DNA from: Antedon mediterranea | Taxonomy: Eukaryota > Animalia > Echinodermata | Assembly (NCBI RefSeq): GCF_964355755.1 | Contig: NC_092676.1 | Span: 11,447,888-11,511,887, forward strand | Reading direction: 5' to 3' | Length of the DNA stretch: 64,000 nucleotides | Position numbers and translations under genes: made by a program | Notes under the pieces: model-generated | Databases searched by the model: none | What the model saw: only the letters and a program-made list of their open reading frames with translations | Told to the model about the DNA's origin: nothing | In this document: positions 1-10,943 of the stretch, piece after piece | Layout of the letters: every line of letters begins with the position of its first letter | Numbering within the stretch: position 1 is the first letter of the stretch

Positions 1-2666
1 TGTAGGCCGGTAGATTGATTTATAACGGCATGTTATCTATATATTTTATTAATATCCTAAAACCATACGTAATTGTTTGCATAATAAAAGACACGACAGA
101 CGTATATTCTCTATATAATATATTAATTCAGTACATATAAATAGAGGTAAATTATTATATGCCTACACACTTAAAACTAAAGGTGCAATAAAAGGTGCAA
201 ACCTATAAAAGGGTGCTAATTTGCGCCTTTTTCTCATAAAATGGTGCAGAGTTCATAAAAGGTTTATTTTTGCACCTTTTAGATCGAAAAAAAACCGCAA
301 AGGCCCAAGTAGGCCATGGTGACTGTGTGACAAATAAGACCTATTAGATTAATGAACGCTTCTTGATATGTTTAACTTAGGGCTTCTAAAAGCTTAAAAG
401 GTGATGATAAGGACAATTTTTTTAGAATGACATTATTGTGGTAAGTTAAAACAAAAATAAGAAAGATTAATAATAATATAGATAGGTTTGTGGGGACAGC
501 TATCGGAATTCGAACAAATCTTTTTTTTACGGAACATTAGAAAGTCGCTGGCTTGTAACTGAAAATTAAAGTTTAATACCTTTAACATGATAAATTCAAA
601 GGTTCAACTGGGCACCCTATAAGGTTTAACATCAGTTAAAAGGTGCATAATAGCACCTTTTTGTACAATTTTTGTACAATTTTCGTACCGTATGCACACG
701 CAAGATGTCTGTAAACAATTGTTAAAATATTGAATTTCAGAGGTTATTTACTCTGGTTTGCTTAAGTCTAGAATAAGTAAACTTTTCTTTCATATTTAAC
801 AATATTATTAGAATATCTAATATCATAATGTAGGCATCTGTTCTAAATTTATTTGAAACAGGAATTGAACAATAATTTTAAGCGCGTGCGGTGGTTAAAC
901 ATGCAGTTTGAATTGAGGAGTTTGCGCCCAAAAAATCAGGCTATAAAATTAAACTAGGCCTAGCTCCCACACCTCTCCAGTGTAGGATAGCTGTTAAAAG
1001 TAAGTAACGAAGCTTTATAGGCATGTAGTTTGGTTGTTAATTACATTAATTATTGTATAGGCCTATAAGCCTAGGCTAGGCCTAAAACTTAAAAATGATA
1101 GCTAAATAAGGCTAGTTAGAGGCCTCCTACCTAGCCTATCTAGGCGGCCTCTATTAGGCCTAGGCTAGGTTAAGCCTAAAGTAGGCAGTCTAGAGGCCTA
1201 CTTAGCCTACAGTAGCCTTTCGGGCGGGGGCTAGTCCTAGACCAGGCCTAGCCTACTTACCTGGGTCTAGCTAGTAGGTTAGGCATAATAGGCTAGCTAT
1301 GCCTAGGTTACTAGGTAGGCCTAGACCTTAAACTTAATTAAAAGCAGTCCTAGGCCTAGCTAGGCAGGCCAGGGGCCTAGTTATTAATATTAGTTATTAC
1401 AGTAGCTGGGTATTATTAGGCCTAGGCCTATATTAAATTCTTATACACATTATCATTATTTTTAATTATAGTTACAGCCTACATGATGTCATGGAGGGAT
1501 AAAATAAGTTTAAAACATGAAAGAGCACCTCTGCTCTAATCAGCAGCAATAAAGATGTTCAGAAAAGGAGAAAGAAATGTGACCACATGTAATACTCTAG
1601 TAATAATAGGGCCTACTATACTACGAGCTGAGGAAAGGGAGAGGAACATACTTTAAAGTATGTGAAGCATGTGGTCAAGGTAATTTGACTTTAAAAATCA
1701 GAACAATGTCAATAATGTATTGTATGATGTTGTCATATTAATGATAATATTAATAAATAGTATCCCTTCCTATTTCATGCTTTTTAGGAAAGTACATAAT
1801 CAGGTGAAAATGTTCGGAAAAGGTGAACCAGACATCAAGAACACTGTTTCAGATATATGGGGATAAGAAGAGAATATACTGCCAAAGATGTCATCATTAG
1901 ATAATTTTAACAATAGGCCTATTGTTGGTTTGAGAAGAGATGGCCACACTCTATTTAAGGTGCAGAGACTGGTAATTACCATCCATTAATTCAGCAGTTG
2001 AATTGAATAATGTAATGTTTTAAAGTTGAATAAAATTATACAAAGCTTAATCAATATTTTTTGTATTTTAGTGATTTTTATTTGTGCACCTTTTTAACAG
2101 AAATTTGAATCTTAGAGGAGCATTATTGAACCTTTTATTAGGGTGTAAAGTTGCAACTTTATTTAGAGGTTGAATTTTGCTCCTTTGGGGAGCTGCTATT
2201 GTTGCATTTAGTTTGCACCTTTTAGGGTAGAAAATTACACCTTATATTGTGCAAATGTGAACTCCAAAGGAGCATTATAGCACCCTTTATCAGGGTTCAA
2301 AATTGCACCTTCCGTCAAAGGTGCAGTTGTGCACCTTAAAGGGAGCTGCTATTGTTGCATCGGTTTGCACCTTTTTAGGTAGAGATTTGCACCTTTTTAC
2401 TCGGGGTACCCGAGTCTAGTACTTACTCATTTTCTCCTTCTCTTCCTCCATCTGGACACTATTGAGTAAAAAGTGCGATTTTTAAAGTACTACTCCTCCC
2501 TTATTCGTTATAGTATTGAGCTGGGATTTGGCATGAACATACTACAGGGACATGTCCTCAAAGCTATAGAGCCGGATTTTTAATTTTTTGTTAATTAATT
2601 TGTTTAATTAAGAAGCCACAATGTGTGACACACACCACAGCGTTATGTAGTTATATGGTTATATGC

Positions 2667-2739
2667 GGATTCTTGGCGTAGTGGTTATCACGTTTGCTTA
2701 ACACGCAGAAGGTACCTGGTTCGAGCCCGGACGAAACCT
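2667..2739 (+). pseudogene. tRNA-Val(AAC) pseudogene
   Basis: A box TGGCGTAGTGG, anticodon arm TTTGC-TTAACAC-GCAGA, B box GGTTCGAGCCC, followed by a long T-run. Two acceptor-stem mismatches (GGATTCT/CGAAACC). Confidence 0.8.
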
Positions 2740-2951
2740 TTTTTTTTTTAATTTATGGTGAAAAGTACTGTATACGCAATATGATAATTATACAGAGTAT
2801 ATCTTATTTTTATTATTTTTTAAAATACTTATTTTGTGTAATCGGTAATTATCACTTTTACACATGTTTATTTTGCTTTGTGCTTATTACCATTTATTTG
2901 TAATTTAAATGGATTAAAAAACTTTCTGTAACCCACATTTTTAATGTAAGA

Positions 2952-3023
2952 GGTTTCGTAGTGTAGTGGTTGTCAAGTCTGCTTAACACGCAGAAGGTCC
3001 CGGTTCGAGCCCTGGCGAAACCT
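2952..3023 (+). pseudogene. tRNA-Val(AAC), probably a pseudogene
   Basis: Perfect acceptor stem GGTTTCG/CGAAACC and anticodon arm TCTGC-TTAACAC-GCAGA. D-stem is mismatched and the variable/T-arm region is 1 nt short; TTTT lies downstream. Confidence 0.8.
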
Positions 3024-4481
3024 ATTTTCTTTACTTTCTAACTGTATACGTCTGTATACAGCTTCTTTCGCTGTACCCCGAGTATTGCACATTCGTGCTT
3101 GTTTTTTTAGTGTGTAATATTACTCTAGTAGCTAGATCAACTTTTGTATGCACTTTGAGGTCCAGAGAATTTGACTTCAGAAATTGGTTTAGGGTGGTCA
3201 AACAATCATATTTGGCTTGGTTACACATTTTGAAAATGTGGCGAAAGGTCAAAGTGAAAGGTCATAAGACCAAACATAAATATGTCCTTAAATCTCAACA
3301 ACCACTGGTCACAACGAGGTAATTTTGGTCTTAAATTAATCAGAAGGTATACATTTATATTCAGTCTAATGGGACATTTTATTAAAAAATGACCGGAAAT
3401 GCCATTTATGACCTTTGACCCACAACCCAGGGCATGTATGTATCTCCGTAACTACTGGTCGTAGACACTTGAATTTGGTTTTAAACTGTTCGAAATATAT
3501 GTTTTGTTATTTGTTACACATTTTGAAAAATGTTACAAAAGGTCAAAGGGTCAAGGTCAAGGGTTATTTGAACAAATAAAAAAAGGTACTTGTATCTCGG
3601 CAACCACTGGTCGCAGCAAGTCAATTTTGGTCTCATTTTAGTCAAAAATGATCTGAAATTCCATTTCTGACCTTTGACCCACATACCAGGGCATCTTCAT
3701 ATCTCTGTAAGTAAAGGTCGTAGAAACTTAAATTTGGTATCAAATTGTTCGAAATATACATATTTACATTCATTGTAATAGAAAATGTGGTTAAAAGATG
3801 AACAGAAATACTATTACCAATATTTCAAACAAAAAACATATCTACACAACTTATCCTTAGACAGTAATGTTATGCAATAACTGATACTTTAAATTGTTTT
3901 AATTTCAAGTACTAATTATTGCTGTCCCCGAGGACATTTTGATAGAAACGTTAAGCTCAACAGTTCTTTTCAGAATGCTAGAAGTAACTTGCCATATGTA
4001 TCCGATTAAACGCCCCAGGCATTTATTGTTCAAAAGGGTTTTTAGGGGGAAAGGAGGCAACTTTATTTGGGGTATAATATGGTAACATGTATAATCAAAT
4101 AAATACCACCTAGATGTAAAAAAATACTGCACAATTAATATCAAAAAGTAATAAAATTATGTGATAATGCTTGGTAAACTGTAGATTATTGTAGTTAATG
4201 AAATGTGTTGACGTGATACAATTATTGTGTAAATGCATGTGGCGGGGCGTTTATTCCACATGGTGTTCTATTGGAGGGAATGGTGGCGTTTATTTGAAGG
4301 AATACTCTAATTTTAATAACTGTATTTCGTTTCTCAACTGATAAAAGGTACTTTACATGATTCGTTTTCCTCTTTATGCTTTTTAACGAAATGTTTCTGT
4401 CTTTTAAAATAAAAGTGATAGATTCCATTAAATGGATCTTCTCCTCTATGGAACGCCTCCTCTGCCTTCAGTTCACAATGG

Positions 4482-4839
4482 TCATGCAGTACACACCAAT
4501 CGTCATGCAGTACACACCAATGGTCATGCAGTACACACCAATGGTCATGCAGTACACACCAATGGTCATGCAGTACACACCAATCGTCGTTCACATTTAT
4601 CATGCAGTACACACCAATGGTCATGCAGTACACACCAATCGTCATGCAGTACACACCAATAGTCTTGCAGTACACACCAATCGTCATGCAGTACACACCA
4701 AACATCATGCAGTACACACCAATCGTCATGCAGTACACACCAAACATCATGCAGTACACACCAATGGTCATGCAGTACACACCAATTGTCATGCAGTACA
4801 CACCAATCGTCATGCAGTACACACCAATCGTCATGCAGT
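4482..4839 (+). repeat. 21-bp minisatellite (CATGCAGTACACACCAATCGT)n, ~17 units
   Basis: Directly visible tandem array; produces the MQYTPIV/HAVHTNR repeat ORFs. Confidence 0.95.
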
Positions 4840-5173
4840 GAAATATTGCGTAATTTATACCGCCACCTATCGACAAAATCGAATATCACGTGACGTTTAT
4901 TAGACGGCTGTAAAACTAGGCCATCGACTCTAAGATTTCTTTTATGTTTGACATACTGTACTTATTTTAACCGCTACACATCTCTGTGAATGCTCTGTTT
5001 TTTTATATATACAATAATTTATTATGCGAGACACAGGCGCGGCTAGGAGGCCATTGCAATTATTGAATTCCATAAAAGAAGTTTAAATAGTCTTAGTTTT
5101 ACAGCCGTCTAATAAACCTCACGTGATATTCGATTTTGTCGATAGGTGGCGGTATAAATTACGCAATATTTGA

Positions 5174-5593
5174 CTGCATGACGATTGGTGTGTACTACAT
5201 GACGATTGGTGTGTACTGCATGACAATTGGTGTGTACTGCATGATGTTTGGTGTGTACTGCATGACGATTGGTGTGTACTGCATGACGATTGGTGTGTAC
5301 TGCATGATAAATGTGAGAAACGATTGGTGTGTACTGCATGACAATTGGTGTGTACTGCATGACCATTGGTGTGTACTGCATGACCATTGGTGTGTACTGC
5401 ATGACGATTGGTGTGTACTGCATGACGATTGGTGTGTACTGCATGACGATTGGTGTGTACTGCATGATGTTTGGTGTGTACTGCATGACGATTGGTGTGT
5501 ACTGCATGACGATTGGTGTGTACTGCATGACCAATGGTGTGTACTGCATGACGATTGGTGTGTACTGCATGACGATTGGTGTGTACTGCATGA
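5174..5593 (-). repeat. 21-bp minisatellite, inverted counterpart, ~20 units
   Basis: (ACGATTGGTGTGTACTGCATG)n, the reverse complement of the 4482-4839 array. Confidence 0.95.
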
Positions 5594-7494
5594 TAAATGT
5601 GAACTGAAGGCAGAGGAGGCGTTCCATACTCCTCCAGGTGCCAGTATAATGATATAAAACAATGACACATCATTATCCTGACACGATTGCACTCATAATG
5701 GATCTTCATTCTATCATCTATTTGTTTGTAACTACAATTTGACAACAATCTTTTGCATAGTTTTAAATGCCAATACATAGTTTCATTACTATTGTACAAT
5801 ATGTCCAGCTTTCCTGAAAACACCCTTGTGTACTGTAGTACAGTGTTGTAGTATGATTTTATCATGATAAACTTCTGATGCTTTTATTGTCAATACATTC
5901 AGTACCTAAAACATGTCAAAGTTTCTAGTGGTATTGATAATAAATCTCCAGAAATATATATTTTGTTTTATTATCTACACTGGGAACAGACGTGTATATG
6001 TATAAGTTTTGTCGTTGACATTCAAAACTATTATGCAACAGTGTTACGGAATAATGACAATGAATTGGTCTATTATAGTTGTCTCTGATACCTTTTATTA
6101 CATGATTGTACTTCCACCAGGATAGAATGAGGTTTAATCCCGTTATTATTCTTATTATATATATATATTTGTTTATATATATATCTGGGGTGTATTTATT
6201 TGATTATACATGTTACCATTATTACACCCAACAAAATAAACGCCTTCCCTGAATAAATAAATTCCCGAGGCTTTTATTCAGGTAACTACAGTAAATTACT
6301 TTTAGCATTCTCAAAATATTTGAACGTTCGGGGGTCAACAATACTTTCTAGCATTATTATAAGCAAAAGTACAATTATTACAAACAGTAAAGGATTTGTT
6401 TTAATTCCTACAGTATAATGAAATCATTAAGCATCAATTATTGCATAACATTACTGTCTAATGATAAGTTGGGTAGATATGTTTTTCATTTAAAAGATTA
6501 ATAATTAATAGTATTTCTGATCATCTTTTATCCAAATTTTCTGTTAGAATGAATGTAAATATGTGTATTTCTAACAATTTGATACTAAATTTAAGATTCT
6601 ACAACCTGTACTTACAGAGATAAGAAGATGCCCTGGTATGTATGTCAAAGGTCAGAAATGTTACTTCCGGTCATTTTTTACTAAAATGTTTCATTAGACT
6701 GAATATGAATGTATACCTTCTGAACATTTTGAGACCAAAATTTACTCGCTGTGACCAGTGGTTGCCGAGATACAAATACCTATTTGTGTTTATTCATATA
6801 ACCCCTGGCCTTGACCTTTTGTAACATTGTTCAAAATGTGTAACAAATAACTAAATGTATATTTCGAACAATTTGAGCCCAAATTCAAGTCTCTACGGCC
6901 AATAGTTACGGAGATACAGACATGCCCTGGTTTATGGGTCAAAGGTCAGAAATGGCATTTCCGGTCATTTTCGACTAAAATGTTTCATTAGACTGAATAT
7001 GAATGTATACCTTCTGATCAATTTGAGACCAAAATTACCTCGCTGTGACCAGTGGTTGTCGAGATTTAAGGACATAATGGTGTTTGATCTTATAACCTTT
7101 GACCCTGACCTTTTGACCTTTCGCCACATTTTCAAAATGTGTAACCAAGCCAAAAATGATTGTTTGACCACCCTAAACCAATTTCTGAAGTCAAATTCTC
7201 TGGACCTCAAAGTGCATACGAAAGTTGATCTAGCTACTAGAGTATATAACATTATGCCTAATAATAATATAATATTTAAACGTGTTTAGAAATGGCCATT
7301 TTGAAAAGACACAGTCCTTCTCCGAGACCTGTGATATACAAAAAAAAAATTAATTTAATGATTAATAATAAATATTTATTAACCAAGTAAAAATATCCAC
7401 ATAAATAATCTAGTTCCTAAAAAATATCAATTAAATCTATATAAACGAAAAATGTATATCCCGCTCTAGCATGCATCCCGCTCGATCCATACAA

Positions 7495-7710
7495 AATAGC
7501 GCGACCGATTTCAAACGCGACCGATTTCAAACGCGACCGATATAATCAAAAGTATAGTTCTAGCGGCGCGCCATACAAAATACTGGAAGTTGATTTTATC
7601 GCGACCGATTTCAAACGCGACCGATTTCATCTGACACCATTTGCGATATGGGGCGACAAGTTTGTAAGTGTAAGGGGCGACTTTGTATGGGGCGACTTGA
7701 CTAGCATCCC
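7495..7710 (-). repeat. Fragments of two DNA-transposon ends (CGCGACCGATTTCAAA repeats; GGGGCGAC repeats)
   Basis: 16-bp repeats end in ATCTGACACCA, the reverse complement of 23454-23478. GGGGCGACTTGACTAGCATCC is identical to the end of the 9228-10800 element. Confidence 0.6.
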
Positions 7711-7723
7711 TACTAGGCTCTAG

Positions 7724-8609
7724 GAATACAGATCACTCCGGCCGCGCTTCACTCCGGCCGCGATTCATTCCGGCCGCAGCAATGGAGCGCCCAATGAGTC
7801 TTTTACAACCGAGACACGTTTTTTGTAGAGAATCAAAATAAACATTTGTAATCATACAGTATATTTTTTCTCTTTCAGGATCACAACAACATCGCAAGTG
7901 TTTTAAATTAGGTCTAATGCTAAAACAAAATAATGTGTTTTATCCAATGTAATAGGCTAGTATATTAATTGTAATGTGATTAATTAATGTAATTTATTGC
8001 AATGTACCCTATATGTCATTATTTTTATCATATATAAATTAAAATATAAAATCATTGTAAATTGGACTGTACAAAAATGATATATTAATTCTTGATACAA
8101 TTCCAGGTAACATTAATTAGACAGATATTTGATTATTTGAAATAAATAAATTAATATTGTAAATATTGTTATTAACTATAATTAGTAAGTATGGGTACTG
8201 GCAAGATAAAGTGTTATAAAAATAAGGGTTTTAACTAATTTTTAATGTTAATAAATGTAAAGCTATAAAATGTACATAGAAAGAAATTAAATATTGTTAT
8301 TCAAGCATTAAGACGGGTATTTGATTATTATTTTATTATTGAATTAATTAAGTTAAGTTTAGTTTGAAAGAAAAAGCAGTTCCAACTTCTTTGAATGTTA
8401 TTGTTGAAAAAAGTAAAATTGTTGCTAATAAATATTCAACTAGTTCCATTTAAATTAAATTTAAATTTAGATATGGGCGCCCCATACTAACGGCCCCTTT
8501 GGCAAAGGCTTTGCACAGGAAGTCGAATTGAATAGCGGCCGGAGTGCATAACATCGCGCTAAACTGATACGGCGGCCGGAGTGAAGCGCGGCCGGAGTGA
8601 TCGGCTACC
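7724..8609. mobile_element. MULE-like MITE with 8-bp TSD
   Basis: GGCTCTAG at 7716-7723 and 8610-8617; TIRs contain CACTCCGGCCGCG repeats. Confidence 0.75.
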
Positions 8610-9227
8610 GGCTCTAGTAGCCTACTAACTAAAGGCCTATACCTAGTGTAGTAGGCTACTACCTACCCTCCCCTAGCTAGCCTAGGCTAGGCCTGGCCCT
8701 TCATTAGTAAGAATACAGGTCAACCCGTACCCATGATGGGTACGGGTACGGGTTGGTTTGGGTACGGGTTGACCAGCACCCCATAGTAAAGGGCCAGCCA
8801 GCAGGAGGCCTATAGCGTATATAGGCCTAGCTAGGCTAGCTAGGCCTCTAGTATAGGCCCTCTAGGCTAATCCGGCCTAGCTAGTAGCCTACACCCGTCA
8901 ACTAGGCCTAGCTAGGCTAAGCTAGGTCTACAGCTCAGGGGCAGGTATGCTACTTACCTATAATGACTATCATATAAAAATATAACAGATATTTTGAGTT
9001 GAGTAGCATGTTAAAAAGGACGCCGTGGTTAGGATTCCGGCACCGGAACTCAACTGCCCAGCGTTAGGGATTCCGACACGCTATTGCGCATGCCCAGAGC
9101 GAGGTAATCGGCGACTCTATACTTATCAACAGCGATGGATTATTTCATAGCTGCGCCACACGGCGAACTAGCCTAGAGGCCTTCTAATATGGGATCCACT
9201 AATCTAGGCTAGGGCTACCAGTTAGAC

Positions 9228-10800
9228 GGGATCCAGTCAAGTTGCCCCATCGCAAAGTCGCCCCATACAAAGTCGCCCAATACAAAGTCGCCCCATCGCA
9301 AAGTCGCCCCATAACAAAGTCGCCCCGGCACAGTCGCCCCATCGCAAAGTCGCTCCATCACAAAGTCGCCCCATCGCAAAGTCGCCAAATCTCAAAGTCG
9401 CCCCAACGCAAAGTCGCCCCATCGCAAAGTCGCCCACGGTTTTATTTTGGTAGTTAGTACGCTGTTTTAATCATATCGGTTGCGTTTGATTGATCGCGTT
9501 GTTACTTTGGTCGCGCTAAATGTCGTATTCGTATACATAATGTTTATCCTATTATATACATAATTTGTGGTTTAATTTTTATTTTACAGGTTTTAATGGA
9601 GTGATGTGCTTTTTAAAAATCATTAAAAAAATAGTTCCATGTTTGAAAGTTCTAAAAAGATTATCCCTGATTTATAGTTTCAAAAATGTTCATTTAATAT
9701 GATTTTAAAATTAGTTACCAGAGCCACAATTATGAATCTTTCTTCAACCTACGCGTTGATACCAGCTCATTTTTTAGGATAATATAATAAATGTATAAAT
9801 GTGTAGTAGGCCTTCGTATAGATTAGTTAAAACATAGAGATATTATAGTATAATATCTCTATGGTTAAAACAATAACAGCGTTGTAAGAGTGTGACACAA
9901 TGAGTGTTATAGGCTACTTATTGATCATTTTGCATTTATTGACAAGTTGTGTCTATTGTTATTTAATTTTATTATGACTTTTCAAAATGACTTTTTATAT
10001 ATGCAGGTATTTTAGCAAAATTAAAACGCTACATTTTTACCATGGAAAAACCATCGTAGAGTATCGTGTGCGTGTTTTTAAAAAAGGGGAATCCCCGGCC
10101 GATGGTCAGCAGAAAGACGTAGCAGCTGTGAGAAAACAGGTACCAGAAAGGCGCAGCTCCGATTGGTTTCAGATTGCAAGTCGCCTTTTATTCAAAATTG
10201 TCATTTTTTAAGGCACACATCTTTCTCATCATAAACCTGTAAAATTAAAAAAAAATCAATTATTAATATAGCCCTAATAATAATAATAAATATTCATCGA
10301 CCAAAGTAAAATAATCTAGATCGTAACATCATTTTATTGCGACCAAAATTAAACACGACCGATTTCAAACGCGACGCGACTGATATCATCGTAAAACTCC
10401 GGTGGGGTTTCCCCATCTTCAGATGGGGGTTTTCCTCTGGTGAGTTCAGTGCGACCGCGGATGATGATGATGATGGGGGAGCGTGCCGATCGTGTAACCT
10501 GAGAATACATGGCGGGGCTTCCCATTTTATGCCGTGTTATTTTGTGTATCATTGCGACATTTTACGCACTTGTAAACTATTTTAACGTTTTGGGGCGACT
10601 TTGCGATGGGGCGACTTTGTGTTGGGGCGACTTTGCGATGGGGCGACTTTGCGTTGGGGCGACTTTGCGTTGGGGCGACTTTGCGATGGGGCGACTTTGC
10701 GATGGGGCGACTGTTTTGGGGCGACTTTGCGATGGGGCGACTTTGTATTGGGCGACTTTGTATGGGGCGACTTTGCGATGGGGCGACTTGACTAGCATCC
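9228..10800. mobile_element. Mutator-like foldback MITE with tandem-repeat TIRs and 9-bp TSD
   Basis: CAGTTAGAC at 9219-9227 and 10801-10809; ~210-bp arms made of 15-17-bp (AAAGTCGCCCCATCGC) repeats; GG..CC ends. Confidence 0.85.
9833..9863. other. 31-bp CA..TG palindrome in a 7-bp direct repeat (putative P-type excision footprint)
   Basis: GTTAAAA|CATAGAGATATTATA-G-TATAATATCTCTATG|GTTAAAA. Confidence 0.7.
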
Positions 10801-10943
10801 CAGTTAGACTACGTGACCAGTTGTGGGCCTATAGTATTTATTTTGTAATTAAAAAGTGGTTGCTTCATTCATATATTAAATTCATATCATTATGAATTAT
10901 ATAATTACATGACTAGTTTTTTGATTTTTCATAACGCATTATA

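Larger units (their letters stand above)
2398..3101 (+). mobile_element. Helentron-associated (HINE/DINE-1-like) non-autonomous element
   Basis: SubTIR TACTCGGGGTAC (2398-2409) and GTACCCCGAGTA (3073-3084); 5' hairpin ACTCGGG-GTA-CCCGAGT; 3' hairpin GCAC-ATTC-GTGC (3087-3098); sits in a T-run with no TSD. Confidence 0.75.
166..3114. mobile_element. Non-autonomous CACTA/EnSpm-like DNA transposon with AAAGGTGCA subterminal repeats; right TIR interrupted by a HINE
   Basis: Left end ta|CACACTTAAAACTAAAGGTGC; right end GCACCTTTT-[insertion 2398-3101]-TTTTTAGTGTG|ta. Many AAGGTGCA/TGCACCTT motifs at 180-280 and 2085-2397. Confidence 0.65.
4447..5628. mobile_element. Non-autonomous foldback element with 6-bp TSD (IS3EU-like termini)
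   Basis: CTCCTC|TATGGAACGCCTCCTCTGCC ... GGCAGAGGAGGCGTTCCATA|CTCCTC; arms ~4447-4919 and ~5093-5628; spacer ~170 bp. Confidence 0.8.
3123..7242. mobile_element. Large foldback element with ~770-800-bp inverted arms, TA-flanked
   Basis: ta|CTCTAGTAGCTAGATCAAC ... GTTGATCTAGCTACTAGAG|ta. 3121-~3890 is the reverse complement of ~6430-7244 (mirror ORFs 3095+/6965-). The arms contain internal sub-repeats. Confidence 0.85.

Noticed and set aside
1480-1990. Exon-like segments inside the CACTA-like element
   Set aside because: There are in-frame stops and no recognisable motif, so a product call cannot be supported.
2667-3023. Functional tRNA genes
   Set aside because: Both have stem mismatches or a deletion and sit inside a mobile element, so they were called pseudogenes. 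Function is not formally excluded for the second.
4482-5593. CRISPR-like array
   Set aside because: The units are contiguous with no unique spacers, no cas genes are present, and the context is eukaryotic.
4334-5692. Long repetitive ORFs (MQYTPIV, HAVHTNR, CMTIGVY, DWCVLHD) suggesting a repeat protein
   Set aside because: The 21-bp unit has no stop codon in most frames, so ORFs appear on both strands. They lie inside the TIRs of a TSD-bounded element.
9237-10895. GRLCDGATL / KVAPSQSRP repeat ORFs
   Set aside because: They are translations of the 15-17-bp TIR repeats of the MULE-like MITE.
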